A stretch of 64,000 nt of DNA, taken from assembly GCF_947495735.1 (NCBI RefSeq), contig NZ_CANMAA010000014.1, positions 18,164 through 82,163 of the forward strand. The letters run 5' to 3'. Below, one piece after another: positions 44,461 through 57,668 of the stretch (the first letter of the stretch is position 1; every line of letters starts with the position of its first letter). Position numbers and translations under genes: made by a program. The notes beneath the pieces were generated by a model. It had not been told where the DNA came from. It did not search any database and worked only from the letters and a program-made list of their open reading frames with translations. The stretch comes from an uncultured Pseudokineococcus sp. (lineage in GTDB: Bacteria; Actinomycetota; Actinomycetes; Actinomycetales; Quadrisphaeraceae).

Positions 44461-45528
44461 ATGAGCCCGGCGAGCACGAGACCGGCCGTCGCCAGGACGG
44501 CCGCCGCGGCGGCCGCCCTCCTCCTCGCCGGCGCCCTGTCCGCCTGCGGGGCCTCGGAGCCCGTCGAGACGGCCACCGCCGGCACGGGCGACGGCGAGGG
44601 CGCCACGAGCTACCCGCTGGTGGTCGACAACTGCGGCCGCGAGGTGGTGGTCGAGGCCGCCCCCGAGCGCGTGGTGTCCCTCGACCAGGGCTCCACCGAG
44701 ATCCTCCTGTCGCTCGGCCTGGCCGACCGCCTCGTCGGCACGGCGTCCTGGACCGACCCGGTGCTGCCGGAGCTCGCGGCCGCCGAGGAGGGCGTGCCGC
44801 GCCTGTCCGACGACGCGCCGTCCTACGAGGCCGTCCTGGGCGCCGACCCCGACCTCGTCACCGCCTCCTTCGGCCGGCACTTCCGCCAGGGCGGCGTGGT
44901 GGAGCGGGAGCGCCTGGAGGAGACCGGCATCGGCTCCTACCTGTCGCCGACCGACTGCGAGGACGACCTGGTCGTCAACGGCGGCGGCACGCGCACCCGC
45001 CCCCTCGAGGTCGACGCCCTCTACCGCGAGATCCGCGAGCTCGCCGCGGTCTTCGACGTCCCCTCGCGCGGCGAGGAGCTCGTGGCCCGCCTGGAGGCGC
45101 GCGCGGAGGCCGCGACCGCCCGCATCGCCGACCGCGACGTCTCGCTGGCCTTCTGGTTCGCCGACACCCGGACGCCGTACGTCGCCGGCGGGCTCGGCTC
45201 GGCCCAGCTGCTCGCCACCACCGCGGGCGCCGAGAACGTCTTCGCCGACCTCGACGACGACTGGCCGGCCGTGGGCTGGGAGACGGTGGTCGACCGCGAC
45301 CCGGACGTCCTCGTCCTCGGGGACCTGCAGCGCGACCGCTTCCCCGGCGACCTCCTGGCGGACAAGGAGGCGTTCCTGGCCGCCGACCCGCTGACGCGCA
45401 CGCTGGACGCCGTGCAGGAGGAGCGCTACATCGCCCTGCACGGGGCGGAGATGAACCCCTCGATCCGCTTCGCCGACGGGCTGGAGAAGATCGCCGACGG
45501 CCTCGAGCGGCTCGAGGTGCCGTCCTGA
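44461..45528 (+). CDS. iron-siderophore/chelate ABC transporter substrate-binding lipoprotein (TroA/FecB-like)
   Basis: Lipobox LLLAGALSAC, and RVVSLDQGSTEILLSLGLADRLVG typical of cluster A binding proteins. AGGAGGA upstream. Confidence 0.85.
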   Translation: MSPASTRPAVARTAAAAAALLLAGALSACGASEPVETATAGTGDGEGATSYPLVVDNCGREVVVEAAPERVVSLDQGSTEILLSLGLADRLVGTASWTDPVLPELAAAEEGVPRLSDDAPSYEAVLGADPDLVTASFGRHFRQGGVVERERLEETGIGSYLSPTDCEDDLVVNGGGTRTRPLEVDALYREIRELAAVFDVPSRGEELVARLEARAEAATARIADRDVSLAFWFADTRTPYVAGGLGSAQLLATTAGAENVFADLDDDWPAVGWETVVDRDPDVLVLGDLQRDRFPGDLLADKEAFLAADPLTRTLDAVQEERYIALHGAEMNPSIRFADGLEKIADGLERLEVPS

Positions 45529-45611
45529 CCGCTGCGCCGACGCGACCCGCCCCCGCGCCGCCCCTCCGGCGGCCCGCAGGGGCGGGCCTGCCGCGACGCC
45601 GCACCGCGCCG

Positions 45612-46609
45612 GTGCTCCTGCTCGCCCTCGGCGGGCTCGCCGCCCTGGTGCTCTCGGTGCTGGCCACCAGCGCGCTCGGGCCGGCGGACGTCTCGCTCGT
45701 CGTGGTGCGCGACGTGCTGCTCAACCACCTCGGCCTCGCGGACGTGCCGGTGCGCCCGGCCAAGGACGCCATCGTGTGGGAGGAGCGCCTCCCCCGGGCC
45801 CTCACCGCCGCCGCCTGCGGTGCCGGTCTCGGCATCTGCGGCGTGGTGATGCAGGCCCTGCTGCGCAACCCGCTGGCCGACCCCTTCGTGCTCGGGATCT
45901 CCTCCGGCGCCTCCACCGGGGCCGTCGTCGTCGGCGTCCTCGGGCTCGGCGGCACGGCGCTGGGGCTGCCGGGCGGCGCCTTCGTCGGCGCCCTGCTCGC
46001 CTTCGGGCTGGTGCTGCTGCTGGCGCGGCTGGCCGGCGGCGGCACCGAGCGCGTGGTCCTCGCGGGGGTGGCCGGCACGCAGCTGTTCTCCGCGCTGACC
46101 TCCGCCGTGATCTTCGCCGTCGCCGACTCCGACGAGACCCGCGGCGTCATGTTCTGGCTGCTGGGCTCCCTGGAGGGCGTGCGCTGGCACGACGTGGCGG
46201 TGTCCTCCGCCGTCGTGGTCGTCGGCACGGCGATCTGCTGGGCCCGCGCCCCCGCCCTGGACGCCTTCGCGTTCGGCGACGAGGTCGCGGCCTCCCTCGG
46301 CATCGCCGTCGGCCGCCTGCGGCTGCTGCTGCTCGTGCTCACCGCCCTGGTCACCGCCGCCCTCGTGAGCGTGGCGGGCGCCATCGGCTTCGTCGGGCTG
46401 GTGCTCCCCCACGCCGCGCGCCTGCTGGTGGGGCCCGGTCACGTGCGCCTCGTGCCGGCCACGGCGCTCGCCGGCGCCGTCTTCATGGTGTGGGTGGACG
46501 CGGTGTCCCGCATCGCCTTCGCGCCGACCCCGCTGCCGGTCGGCGTCGGCACCGCGCTCATCGGCGTGCCGGCCTTCGTGCTCGTCATGCTCCGCCGCCG
46601 GCGGACCCT

Positions 46610-46613
<4 letters not shown>
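45612..46613 (+). CDS. FecCD-family iron-chelate ABC permease
   Basis: Supplied ORF, multi-TM, with LTAAACGAGLGICGVVMQALLRNPLADPFVLGISSGAS. Confidence 0.85.
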
Positions 46614-47407
<794 letters not shown>

Positions 47408-47450
47408 CCCGGCTCCCGGCGACGCCCGGCGGTCCCCGTCCGAGCCGTCA

Positions 47451-47480
47451 CCGGTCGGCCGAGGGGGTGCGGCCGACCGG
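47451..47480. terminator. perfect 11-bp stem-loop between convergent genes
   Basis: CCGGTCGGCCG, loop AGGGGGTG, CGGCCGACCGG. It lies between the stop at 47407 (+) and the arc stop at 47496 (-). Confidence 0.55.
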
Positions 47481-47495
47481 GGCGACCGGGGTCGG

Positions 47496-49208
47496 TCAGA
47501 GGTACTGCCCCGGGCTCGCGACCGTGTCGATGGAGCGCCCCGCCTCGGAGCCCTTCTTGCCCTGGACGATGGTGCGGATGTAGACGATGCGCTCGCCCTT
47601 CTTGCCGGAGATGCGCGCCCAGTCGTCGGGGTTCGTCGTGTTGGGCAGGTCCTCGTTCTCCTTGAACTCCTCGACGCACGCCACCAGCAGGTGGTCGACG
47701 CGCAGGCCCTTGACGCCCGTGCTGAGGAAGTCCTTGATCGCCATCTTCTTGGCGCGGTCGACGATGTTCTGCACCATCGCCCCGGAGTTGAAGTCCTTGA
47801 AGTACAGGACCTCCTTGTCGCCGCCGGCGTAGGTCACCTCGAGGAACTGGTTCTCCTCGGTCTCCTCGTACATCCGCACCACCGTGGCGCTGATCATCGC
47901 CTCGACGCACGCCTCGCGGGACCCGCCGTGGTGGGCCAGGTCCTGCGGGTGCAGCGGCAGGTCGGTCGTCAGGTACTTGGTGAAGATGTCCCGGGCGCCC
48001 TCGGCGTCCGGGCGCTCGATCTTGATCTTCACGTCGAGGCGGCCGGGGCGCAGGATCGCGGGGTCGATCATGTCCTCGCGGTTCGACGCACCGATGACGA
48101 TGACGTCGTCCAGGCGCTCGACGCCGTCGATCTCGGCGAGCAGCTGGGGGACGATCGTCGTCTCGACGTCGGAGCTCACGCCCGAGCCGCGGGTGCGGAA
48201 CAACGACTCCATCTCGTCGAAGAACACGACGACGGGGTGGCCCTCGCTCGCCTTCTCGCGGGCCCGGCTGAAGATCATCCGGATGTGGCGCTCGGTCTCG
48301 CCCACGTACTTGGTGAGGAGCTCGGGGCCCTTGACGTTGAGGAAGTAGCTGCGCGCGTCCTCGCGCCCGTCGCGCTCGGCGGACTGGCGGGCGAGCGAGC
48401 GGGCGACGGCCTTGGCGATCAGCGTCTTGCCGCACCCGGGGGGCCCGTACAGCAGCACGCCCTTCGGCGCCTTGAGCCCGTGCTCGCGGAAGAGGTCGGG
48501 GTGGCGGAACGGCAGCTCGACGGCGTCGCGGATCGTCTCGATCTGGGAGGCCAGGCCGCCGATGTCGCTGTAGGAGATGTCGGGCACCTCCTCCAGCACG
48601 AGGTCCTCGACCTCGGCCTTGGGCACCACCTCGTGCACGTAGCCCGAGCGCGGCTCGAGCGTCAGCGCGTCACCGTTCTTGAGCCCGGTGCCCACGAGAG
48701 GCCCGGCCAGGCGGACCACCCGCTCCTCGTCGCCGTGCACGACGACGAGGGCGCGGTCCTCCCCCAGCGCCTCCTTGAACGTCACGACCTCGCCGGTGAC
48801 CTCGAACCCGCGCACCGCGACGACGTTCATGGCCTCGTTCAGCTCGACCTCCTGGCCGGGCGCCAGGTCGCCCGCGTCCAGGGCGGCGCTCAGCGCCACG
48901 CGCATCTTGCGCCCCTGCTGGACGACGTCGACGCTGCCCTCCCCCGACGGGCCGAGGTAGGTCGCGTAGCCGCTGGGGGGCTGGGCGAGGCGCTCCACCT
49001 CACCGCGCAGGGTCACGAGCTGCTGCCGCGCGTCCCCGAGGGTGCGCACCAGGCGGTCGTTGCGGGCGACGAGCTCGCCCACCTGGTCCTGCAGGGCGGT
49101 CACGCGCGAGGCTCCGGCGCCCCACGTGCGCGCCGGGGGCTGCCGGTCGGCGTCGTCCCGGGGCTGGTCGGAGTGCTGGTCGGGCTGGTGGTCAGCGTGG
49201 CTGTCCAT
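47496..49208 (-). CDS. arc: proteasome ATPase ARC/Mpa
   Basis: N-terminal coiled coil, [15 protein letters not shown], and a C-terminal GQYL. GAGGAGG lies 5 nt upstream. Confidence 0.95.
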   Translation of the reverse strand: MDSHADHQPDQHSDQPRDDADRQPPARTWGAGASRVTALQDQVGELVARNDRLVRTLGDARQQLVTLRGEVERLAQPPSGYATYLGPSGEGSVDVVQQGRKMRVALSAALDAGDLAPGQEVELNEAMNVVAVRGFEVTGEVVTFKEALGEDRALVVVHGDEERVVRLAGPLVGTGLKNGDALTLEPRSGYVHEVVPKAEVEDLVLEEVPDISYSDIGGLASQIETIRDAVELPFRHPDLFREHGLKAPKGVLLYGPPGCGKTLIAKAVARSLARQSAERDGREDARSYFLNVKGPELLTKYVGETERHIRMIFSRAREKASEGHPVVVFFDEMESLFRTRGSGVSSDVETTIVPQLLAEIDGVERLDDVIVIGASNREDMIDPAILRPGRLDVKIKIERPDAEGARDIFTKYLTTDLPLHPQDLAHHGGSREACVEAMISATVVRMYEETEENQFLEVTYAGGDKEVLYFKDFNSGAMVQNIVDRAKKMAIKDFLSTGVKGLRVDHLLVACVEEFKENEDLPNTTNPDDWARISGKKGERIVYIRTIVQGKKGSEAGRSIDTVASPGQYL

Positions 49209-49308
49209 GCGCGCCTCCTCGAGGTCCGTGCTCGACAGTAACCCGGGGGCCCGACAGGGGCGGGACAGGCCGTGCAGGTCGGTCCGCGAGACGGCGGCGC
49301 GGGCCCCG

Positions 49309-51768
<2,460 letters not shown>

Positions 51769-52335
51769 TCAGGCGGTGCGGCGGGCGGTGCTGGGGGCGG
51801 GCGCGCTCTCGGCGCCCGGCACGCCGGCGAGCGCGGAGGCGTCCCCCAGTGACGAGGCCGGGATGACGCTGAGGGTGCCGTCGCTCTCGAGCACCACGGC
51901 CCCGACCTGGGACAGGTCGCCGCTGCTCCCCGAGCGCACCGCCTGCCGCAGCTCGCTCTGCGACACCCGGTGGTCGCGCAGGGCGTCCTCGCGCACCTCG
52001 CCGTGCCAGAGCAGCAGCGTCGGCGACGCCGTCACGGCCTTGCGGCTGGCCGGCCAGTGGGCCGTCGTCCACGCCACCACGAGCTGGAGCGCGACGAGCA
52101 GCACGAGCGCCAGCGCGCCCTCGACCCACGCGACGTCGGAGCTGAGCAGGATGGTCGCGAGCGTCGAGCCCAGGGCGACGGTGACGACGAGGTCGAAGGC
52201 GTTGAGCTTGGCCAGCGTCCTCTTGCCCGACAGCCGCAGCAGCACGACGAGGAAGACGTACGCCGCCGTCCCCACCAGGAGGACTCGGACCAGGTCGCTC
52301 CACGCGTCGAACCACATGGCACGAGGGTGTCCCAT
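51769..52335 (-). CDS. DUF421 (YetF-like) membrane protein
   Basis: Contains LRLSGKRTLAKLNAFDLVVTVALGSTLA. ATG 52335 has GGAAGGG 5 nt upstream; ATG 52317 is the alternative. Confidence 0.75.
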   Translation of the reverse strand: MGHPRAMWFDAWSDLVRVLLVGTAAYVFLVVLLRLSGKRTLAKLNAFDLVVTVALGSTLATILLSSDVAWVEGALALVLLVALQLVVAWTTAHWPASRKAVTASPTLLLWHGEVREDALRDHRVSQSELRQAVRSGSSGDLSQVGAVVLESDGTLSVIPASSLGDASALAGVPGAESAPAPSTARRTA

Positions 52336-52446
52336 CCGGGCCCTTCCGGCCCACCGGGAGGGAGCCCGCGTCCGGCCGCCGCCGGACCGGCGCAGATGCC
52401 ATGCTGCGACGCGCGCCGGGGTCCGCCCGGCGGCGGGGGGAGCGGC

Positions 52447-52998
52447 GTGGGTGACGGCGCGCTCTGGGCCCTCGTGCTCTCCGGGCTCGCGGTCGGCGCC
52501 GTCTCCTCCGTGGTCCCCGTGCTGGCGGTCGAGGCCTACGTCGTCGCGGTCGCGGCCGTGCAGCCGGGGGGCGTCGGGGTCGCCGTGGCCCTGGCCGCGG
52601 CGCTGGGGCAGAGCGCCGGGAAGGGCGCGATCTTCGTCGCCGTCCGCTCCGCGGGGCGCTCCCGGTGGTCGCGGCGCCTGCACCGCCACGCCCTGGAGGC
52701 GATGGGCCGGGCCGGGCAGACCGCTCCCGCCGCGGCGGACGGAGGGCCGTGGGCGCGCGCGGGCCGCCTGCTGCGCCGGCTCACGGCCTGGTGCCTGCGG
52801 GTCCTGTCCGGTCCGTGGGGCGCAGCCGTCGTCCTGCTGTCGGGCGTCGCCGGGGTGCCGCCGCTCCTCGTCGTCTCCGCCGCCGCGGGCGCCTCCCGAC
52901 TGCCCCTGGGCGTCTTCCTCGCGGCGTGCCTGGCGGGCCGGGCGGTGCGCCTCGTGGCGCTCGCGCTCGTGCCCGACCTGCTCGGCGTCGTGCCCTAG
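52447..52998 (+). CDS. hypothetical membrane protein
   Basis: GTG at 52447 with GGGGGGAG upstream. Four hydrophobic segments. No family recognised. Confidence 0.4.
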   Translation: MGDGALWALVLSGLAVGAVSSVVPVLAVEAYVVAVAAVQPGGVGVAVALAAALGQSAGKGAIFVAVRSAGRSRWSRRLHRHALEAMGRAGQTAPAAADGGPWARAGRLLRRLTAWCLRVLSGPWGAAVVLLSGVAGVPPLLVVSAAAGASRLPLGVFLAACLAGRAVRLVALALVPDLLGVVP

Positions 52999-53016
52999 CT
53001 CGCGGGGTCGAGCGCC

Positions 53017-53045
53017 GCGTCCGACCGGCGGAGCCGGTCGGACGC
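53017..53045. terminator. perfect 12-bp stem-loop
   Basis: GCGTCCGACCGG, loop CGGAG, CCGGTCGGACGC. It lies 19 nt after the stop at 52998. Confidence 0.55.
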
Positions 53046-53359
53046 CTGCGGTCACGGATCCGCCCGTGACGTCCCGCACGTCAGGACTGGCGCCCTCGGG
53101 CCCTCGGTGGCCAGGGGCCGCAGGACGCGCGCGAGCTCGAGGCGCAGCCGGTCCTCGAGCCGCCTGCCACTCCCCCGAGGACGCGGTGGCCGGGCGAGGT
53201 CAGCCTCGAGCGGCTGCAGGTCTCGCTCGAGCTCGTCGGCAGCGCCGCCCACCGGCTGCCCGGTCCCGGCCGCTGAGCTGTCTCCCCGAGCTGTCTCCCG
53301 AGCGGGCCCGGCCGCCGCGGGTGCGACGCCCGGGCCCGCTCAGGCCCCCCCGGGAGCGC

Positions 53360-54472
53360 TCAGGCCCGCTCGTCGGCCACGACGGCGGTCGGGTCGTGCG
53401 AGGCCGAGCTCGCGCGGACCCGCCCGTCGCGGACCTCCTCGGCCCAGTGGCAGGCGACCACGTGGTCGGGCGCCAGCTCGCGCGGGAGGGGCACCTCGTC
53501 GTGGCAGCGCGTCGCCTGCCGGAACGGGCACCGGGTGTGGAAGCGGCAGCCCGACGGGGGGTTCGCCGGGCTCGGCAGGTCGCCGGTCAGCAGGATCCGC
53601 TCGCGCGAGTCCTCCACGGCCGGGTCGGGCACGGGGATCGCCGACATCAGCGACAGCGTGTACGGGTGCAGCGGGTTCGCGTAGAGCTCGTCGCTGGGCG
53701 CCTGCTCGACGACGACGCCGAGGTACATCACCCCGACGACGTCGCTGATGTGCCGCACCACGGCGAGGTCGTGGGCGATGACGAGGTAGGTCAGGCCCAG
53801 GCGGTCCTGCAGCTCCTCCAGGAGGTTGACGACCTGCGCCTGCACCGAGACGTCGAGCGCGCTCACGGGCTCGTCGGCGACCACGAGGTCGGGCGACAGC
53901 GCCACGGCCCGGGCGATGCCGATCCGCTGGCGCTGGCCGCCGGAGAACTCGTGGGGGTAGCGGGCCGCGGCGCTGGCCGGCAGCCCGACGACCTCGAGCA
54001 GCTCCAGCACCCGCTCGCGCCAGGCGGCGGGCCCGCCGGGCACCCCGTGCGCGCGCAGCGGCTCGGTGAGGATGCTCTCGACGCTCTGGCGCGGGTCCAG
54101 GCTCGACATCGGGTCCTGGAAGACCATCTGCATGCGCCGGCGCAGCGAGCGGAGCTCGCCCCGCCCCAGCGCGAGGACGTCCTGCCCGTCCAGCTCGACG
54201 CTGCCCGCCGTCGGCTCCTCCAGGCGCAGCACGGCCCGGCCGAGGGTCGACTTGCCGCAGCCGGACTCGCCGACGAGGCCGTACGTCTGGCCGCGCCGCA
54301 GGTCCAGGTCCACGCCGTCGACGGCCCGCACGTGGCCGACCGTGCGGTCCAGCAGCAGGCCCTTCTTGATCGGGAAGTGCACCTGCAGCCCCCGCACGCG
54401 TAGCAGGACGTCGTCGTCGGTCCCCTCGGCGGGACGCGTCGACGCGGTGCCCGCCGCCTCGCGGGCGCTCAC
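53360..54472 (-). CDS. peptide/nickel ABC transporter ATP-binding protein (OppF/DppF-like)
   Basis: [28 protein letters not shown] and a C-terminal oligopeptide-type extension. GTGA overlap. Confidence 0.9.
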   Translation of the reverse strand: MSAREAAGTASTRPAEGTDDDVLLRVRGLQVHFPIKKGLLLDRTVGHVRAVDGVDLDLRRGQTYGLVGESGCGKSTLGRAVLRLEEPTAGSVELDGQDVLALGRGELRSLRRRMQMVFQDPMSSLDPRQSVESILTEPLRAHGVPGGPAAWRERVLELLEVVGLPASAAARYPHEFSGGQRQRIGIARAVALSPDLVVADEPVSALDVSVQAQVVNLLEELQDRLGLTYLVIAHDLAVVRHISDVVGVMYLGVVVEQAPSDELYANPLHPYTLSLMSAIPVPDPAVEDSRERILLTGDLPSPANPPSGCRFHTRCPFRQATRCHDEVPLPRELAPDHVVACHWAEEVRDGRVRASSASHDPTAVVADERA

Positions 54473-55560
54473 GCGCCGACCCCGGCCGTCACGGGCGCGG
54501 CGCTCTCGGGCAGCGCCGGGTGCGCGCAGCGCGCGAGGTGCCCGGCCGGCAGCCCCTGCAGCTCGCGCAGAGCCAGGTCGGGGTCGGCGCAGGCCCGGTC
54601 GGCGTGCGCGCAGCGGGGCGCGAAGGCGCACGCCCGCGACCACGGCAGCAGGTCCCGCGGCGTGCCCGGGATGGGGCGCAGCGGCTCGCCGCGCGGTGCG
54701 TCCATCCGGGGCACCGAGGCCAGCAGGCCCTCGGTGTACCGGTGCGCGGGGCGGCCGAACAGCTCGCGGCGCGAGGCCTCCTCGACGACGCGGCCGGAGT
54801 ACATCACCGTCACGTCGTCGCAGAGCCCGGCCACGACGCCGAGGTCGTGCGTGATGAGCAGCATGGCGGTCCCCGTCTCCCCCACGAGCTGGCGCAGCAG
54901 CTCCAGCACCTGCGCCTGGATGGTCACGTCCAGCGCCGTCGTGGGCTCGTCGGCGATGAGCAGCCGCGGCTTGCACGCCAGGGCGATGGCGATGAGGGCG
55001 CGCTGGCGCATGCCCCCCGAGAGCTGGTGCGGGTAGTCCCGCAGCCGGCGCCGCGGGTCGGGGATGCCGACCCGGCGCAGCAGGTCCTCGGCCTCGTCCC
55101 GCGCCGCCGCGCGGTCGACGTCGGTGTGCGTGCGCAGGACCTCGGTGACCTGCGTCCCGATCGGCACGACCGGGTTCAGCGAGCTCATCGGGTCCTGGAA
55201 GACCATGGCCATCTGGTCCCCGCGCAGCGCGGCCAGGCGCTTCGGCGCCATCCCGAGCAGCTCCGTCCCCGCCAGGCGCACCGATCCGGTGACGCGGCTG
55301 CTGCGGCGCGGCAGCAGCCCCATGACGGCGAGCGAGGTCACGGACTTGCCGCTGCCCGACTCCCCCACCAGGCCCCGGACCTCGCCCGGGCGCACAGACA
55401 GGCTGACGCCGTCGACGGCGCGCACGGGCTCCGCCCCGCGCCGGACGAACTCGACGCCGAGGTCGCGGACCTCGAGCAGCGCCTCCCCCTCCGGCGCCGG
55501 GACGGCCCCGCCCCCGGGGCGGGCCGAGGGGACGGCGGACGGCGGCCTGCGGTCGGGCAT
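54469..55560 (-). CDS. peptide/nickel ABC transporter ATP-binding protein (OppD/DppD-like)
   Basis: [17 protein letters not shown] and [16 protein letters not shown] lies 4 nt upstream of the ATG at 55560. Confidence 0.9.
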   Translation of the reverse strand: MPDRRPPSAVPSARPGGGAVPAPEGEALLEVRDLGVEFVRRGAEPVRAVDGVSLSVRPGEVRGLVGESGSGKSVTSLAVMGLLPRRSSRVTGSVRLAGTELLGMAPKRLAALRGDQMAMVFQDPMSSLNPVVPIGTQVTEVLRTHTDVDRAAARDEAEDLLRRVGIPDPRRRLRDYPHQLSGGMRQRALIAIALACKPRLLIADEPTTALDVTIQAQVLELLRQLVGETGTAMLLITHDLGVVAGLCDDVTVMYSGRVVEEASRRELFGRPAHRYTEGLLASVPRMDAPRGEPLRPIPGTPRDLLPWSRACAFAPRCAHADRACADPDLALRELQGLPAGHLARCAHPALPESAAPVTAGVGA

Positions 55561-55610
55561 GGGGCTCCTGCGGTGGGCACCGGGGTCGGCGGGGGCGCCG
55601 GCGGGCGTGC

Positions 55611-56585
55611 TCACCGGCGGAAGGTGGGGTCGAGGGACTCGCGCAGGGCCTCGCCGAACAGCGTGAACCCCAGCGCGGTGACGGCGATGCAGACGCCCGG
55701 CAGGATCGCCAGGTGCGGGTCGGTCGCCAGGCGGTCCTGGGCGCGCACGAGCATGCGTCCCCACTCCGCCACGGTCGGGTTGGGGTCGCCGAGCCCCAGG
55801 TAGGACAGCGCGGCCACCTCGATGATCGCCGTCGCCAGCGTGAGCGTCCCCTGCACGATGACGGGGCTGAGGGAGTTCGGGAGCATGTGGCTCATCACCA
55901 CGCGCCGCCGTCGCAGGCCGAGCGAGGACGCCGCGAGCACGTAGTCCGAGCCGCGCTGGCCGAGCATCGACCCGCGCAGCAGCCGGGCGAAGATGGGCAC
56001 CTGGGCCGCGCCGATGGCGATCATCAGCGCCGTGGCGCTGGGCCCCACGACGGCGGCGATGCTGACGGCCAGCAGCAGGCTCGGGATCGACAGCATGATG
56101 TCGACGACGCGCATCACCGCGACGTCCACCCAGCCGCCGAAGGCCCCGGCGAGCAGGCCCAGGACCGTGCCGGCTCCGAGGCCGATGACGGTCGACACGA
56201 CGCCGATGACCAGCGACTGGCGGGCGCCGTAGACGAGCTGGGTGAGCAGGTCGGAGCCGAAGGAGTCCAGCCCGAGCAGGTGGTCGTCGCTGGGACCGGG
56301 GACGGACGACGGCGTGACCTGGCCCGCCCACTGCGCCCCGGCCGGCGCGTACGGCGCGATGAGCGGCGCGAGCACCGCGACCAGCACGAAGGCGCCCACG
56401 ATGACGGCGCCGACGATCGCCGCCGGGTCGCGGCGCAGCCGGCGCCAGGCGCCGCGCCACAGGCTGGTGCCGCGCTCGTCCTCGGCCTGCGGCTCCAGCG
56501 CCAGCTCGGCCGGCGTACCGGGCGGCGGGTCGGCCTCGGGAGCGCCGGGGGGCCCGCCCGCGGGCGGGAGGTGGACGCCGCTCAC
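55611..56585 (-). CDS. peptide ABC transporter permease (OppC/DppC-like)
   Basis: BPD_transp_1-type core ([20 protein letters not shown]). GTGA overlap. Confidence 0.9.
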   Translation of the reverse strand: MSGVHLPPAGGPPGAPEADPPPGTPAELALEPQAEDERGTSLWRGAWRRLRRDPAAIVGAVIVGAFVLVAVLAPLIAPYAPAGAQWAGQVTPSSVPGPSDDHLLGLDSFGSDLLTQLVYGARQSLVIGVVSTVIGLGAGTVLGLLAGAFGGWVDVAVMRVVDIMLSIPSLLLAVSIAAVVGPSATALMIAIGAAQVPIFARLLRGSMLGQRGSDYVLAASSLGLRRRRVVMSHMLPNSLSPVIVQGTLTLATAIIEVAALSYLGLGDPNPTVAEWGRMLVRAQDRLATDPHLAILPGVCIAVTALGFTLFGEALRESLDPTFRR

Positions 56586-57586
56586 GAGACGCGCACCCGC
56601 GGGTCGACGAGGCCGTAGCTGACGTCGACCAGGAGGTTGACGAGCGCGTAGACGAGCGCGATGAAGAGGATGAAGCCCTGCAGCACGGGGTAGTCCAGGG
56701 TCGAGATGGAGTCGAACAGGTAGCCGCCGATGCCGTTGATGGCGAAGACGGTCTCGGTGAGCACCGCGCCGGACAGCAGCAGGCCGGTCTGCAGCCCCAC
56801 CGTCGTCAGGACGGGGAGCATCGCGTTGCGCAGGACGTGGCGGCGGCGCACGAGCGAGCGGGCGAGCCCCTTGGCCTCGGCCGTGCGGACGTAGTCCTGG
56901 CCGGTCACCTCGAGCACCGAGGCGCGGGTGATGCGGACGATGATGGCGAGCGGGATGGTGCCCAGCGCCAGCGCCGGCAGCACGAGGTGGACGACCGCGT
57001 CCCACGAGGCGTCCCACTCGCGCGTGAGCAGCCCGTCGAGCACGTAGAAGTTCGTCACGTGCGTGGCGTCGATGCGCGGGTCCTGGCGCCCCGCCGTCGG
57101 CAGCCAGCCGAGCTGGACGGCGAAGACGAGCTTGAGCAGGTAGGCCAGGAAGAAGACGGGGATGACCGTGCCCAGCAGCGACCCGCCCACCAGGAGGCTG
57201 TCGAGCGGGCCGCCGTGGCGCCGCGCGGCCGCGTAGCCGAGCGGGATGCCGAGCAGGACCGCGATGAGCAGGGCGGCGACCGCCAGCTCGATGGTCGCGG
57301 GGAAGCGCAGCAGGAAGCTCTCGAGCACGGGCTCGCCCGTGCGCGAGGAGGTGCCGAGGTCCCCCTGCAGCAGCCGGCCCAGGTAGGTCACGTACTGCAC
57401 GGGCAGCGGCTGGTCGAAGCCGTAGGCGGCGGTGATGCGCTCGACGGCGGCGGGCGTCGCCCGCTCCCCCAGCAGGGTGCGGGCGGGGTCGCCCGGCAGG
57501 GCGCGCAGCCACGCGAAGAGCAGCACGGACAGTCCCAGCAGGACCGGGACGAGGAGCGCCAGGCGGCGCACGAGGAACCTCAGCAC
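56582..57586 (-). CDS. peptide ABC transporter permease (OppB/DppB-like)
   Basis: MLRFLVRRL N-terminus and YVRTAEAKGL motif. Confidence 0.9.
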   Translation of the reverse strand: MLRFLVRRLALLVPVLLGLSVLLFAWLRALPGDPARTLLGERATPAAVERITAAYGFDQPLPVQYVTYLGRLLQGDLGTSSRTGEPVLESFLLRFPATIELAVAALLIAVLLGIPLGYAAARRHGGPLDSLLVGGSLLGTVIPVFFLAYLLKLVFAVQLGWLPTAGRQDPRIDATHVTNFYVLDGLLTREWDASWDAVVHLVLPALALGTIPLAIIVRITRASVLEVTGQDYVRTAEAKGLARSLVRRRHVLRNAMLPVLTTVGLQTGLLLSGAVLTETVFAINGIGGYLFDSISTLDYPVLQGFILFIALVYALVNLLVDVSYGLVDPRVRVS

Positions 57587-57617
57587 GACGGGCTCTCCTG
57601 GACGGGCGGGGGTGTGG

Positions 57618-57656
57618 GCGCGCCGGCCGCCCCCGCGAGGGGGGCGGCCGGCGCGC
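57618..57656 (-). terminator. perfect 17-bp intra-operon stem-loop after the binding-protein gene
   Basis: GCGCGCCGGCCGCCCCC (57618-57634) pairs with GGGGGCGGCCGGCGCGC (57640-57656). Confidence 0.5.
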
Positions 57657-57668
57657 GGAGGGCGGCGG

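Noticed and set aside
45525-45611. Longer FecCD permease starting at the CTG at 45525, overlapping the upstream stop.
   Set aside because: The upstream in-frame residues (..LPRRRTAPV) look like a typical permease N-terminus. However, the only candidate codon is CTG, so I kept the GTG at 45612.
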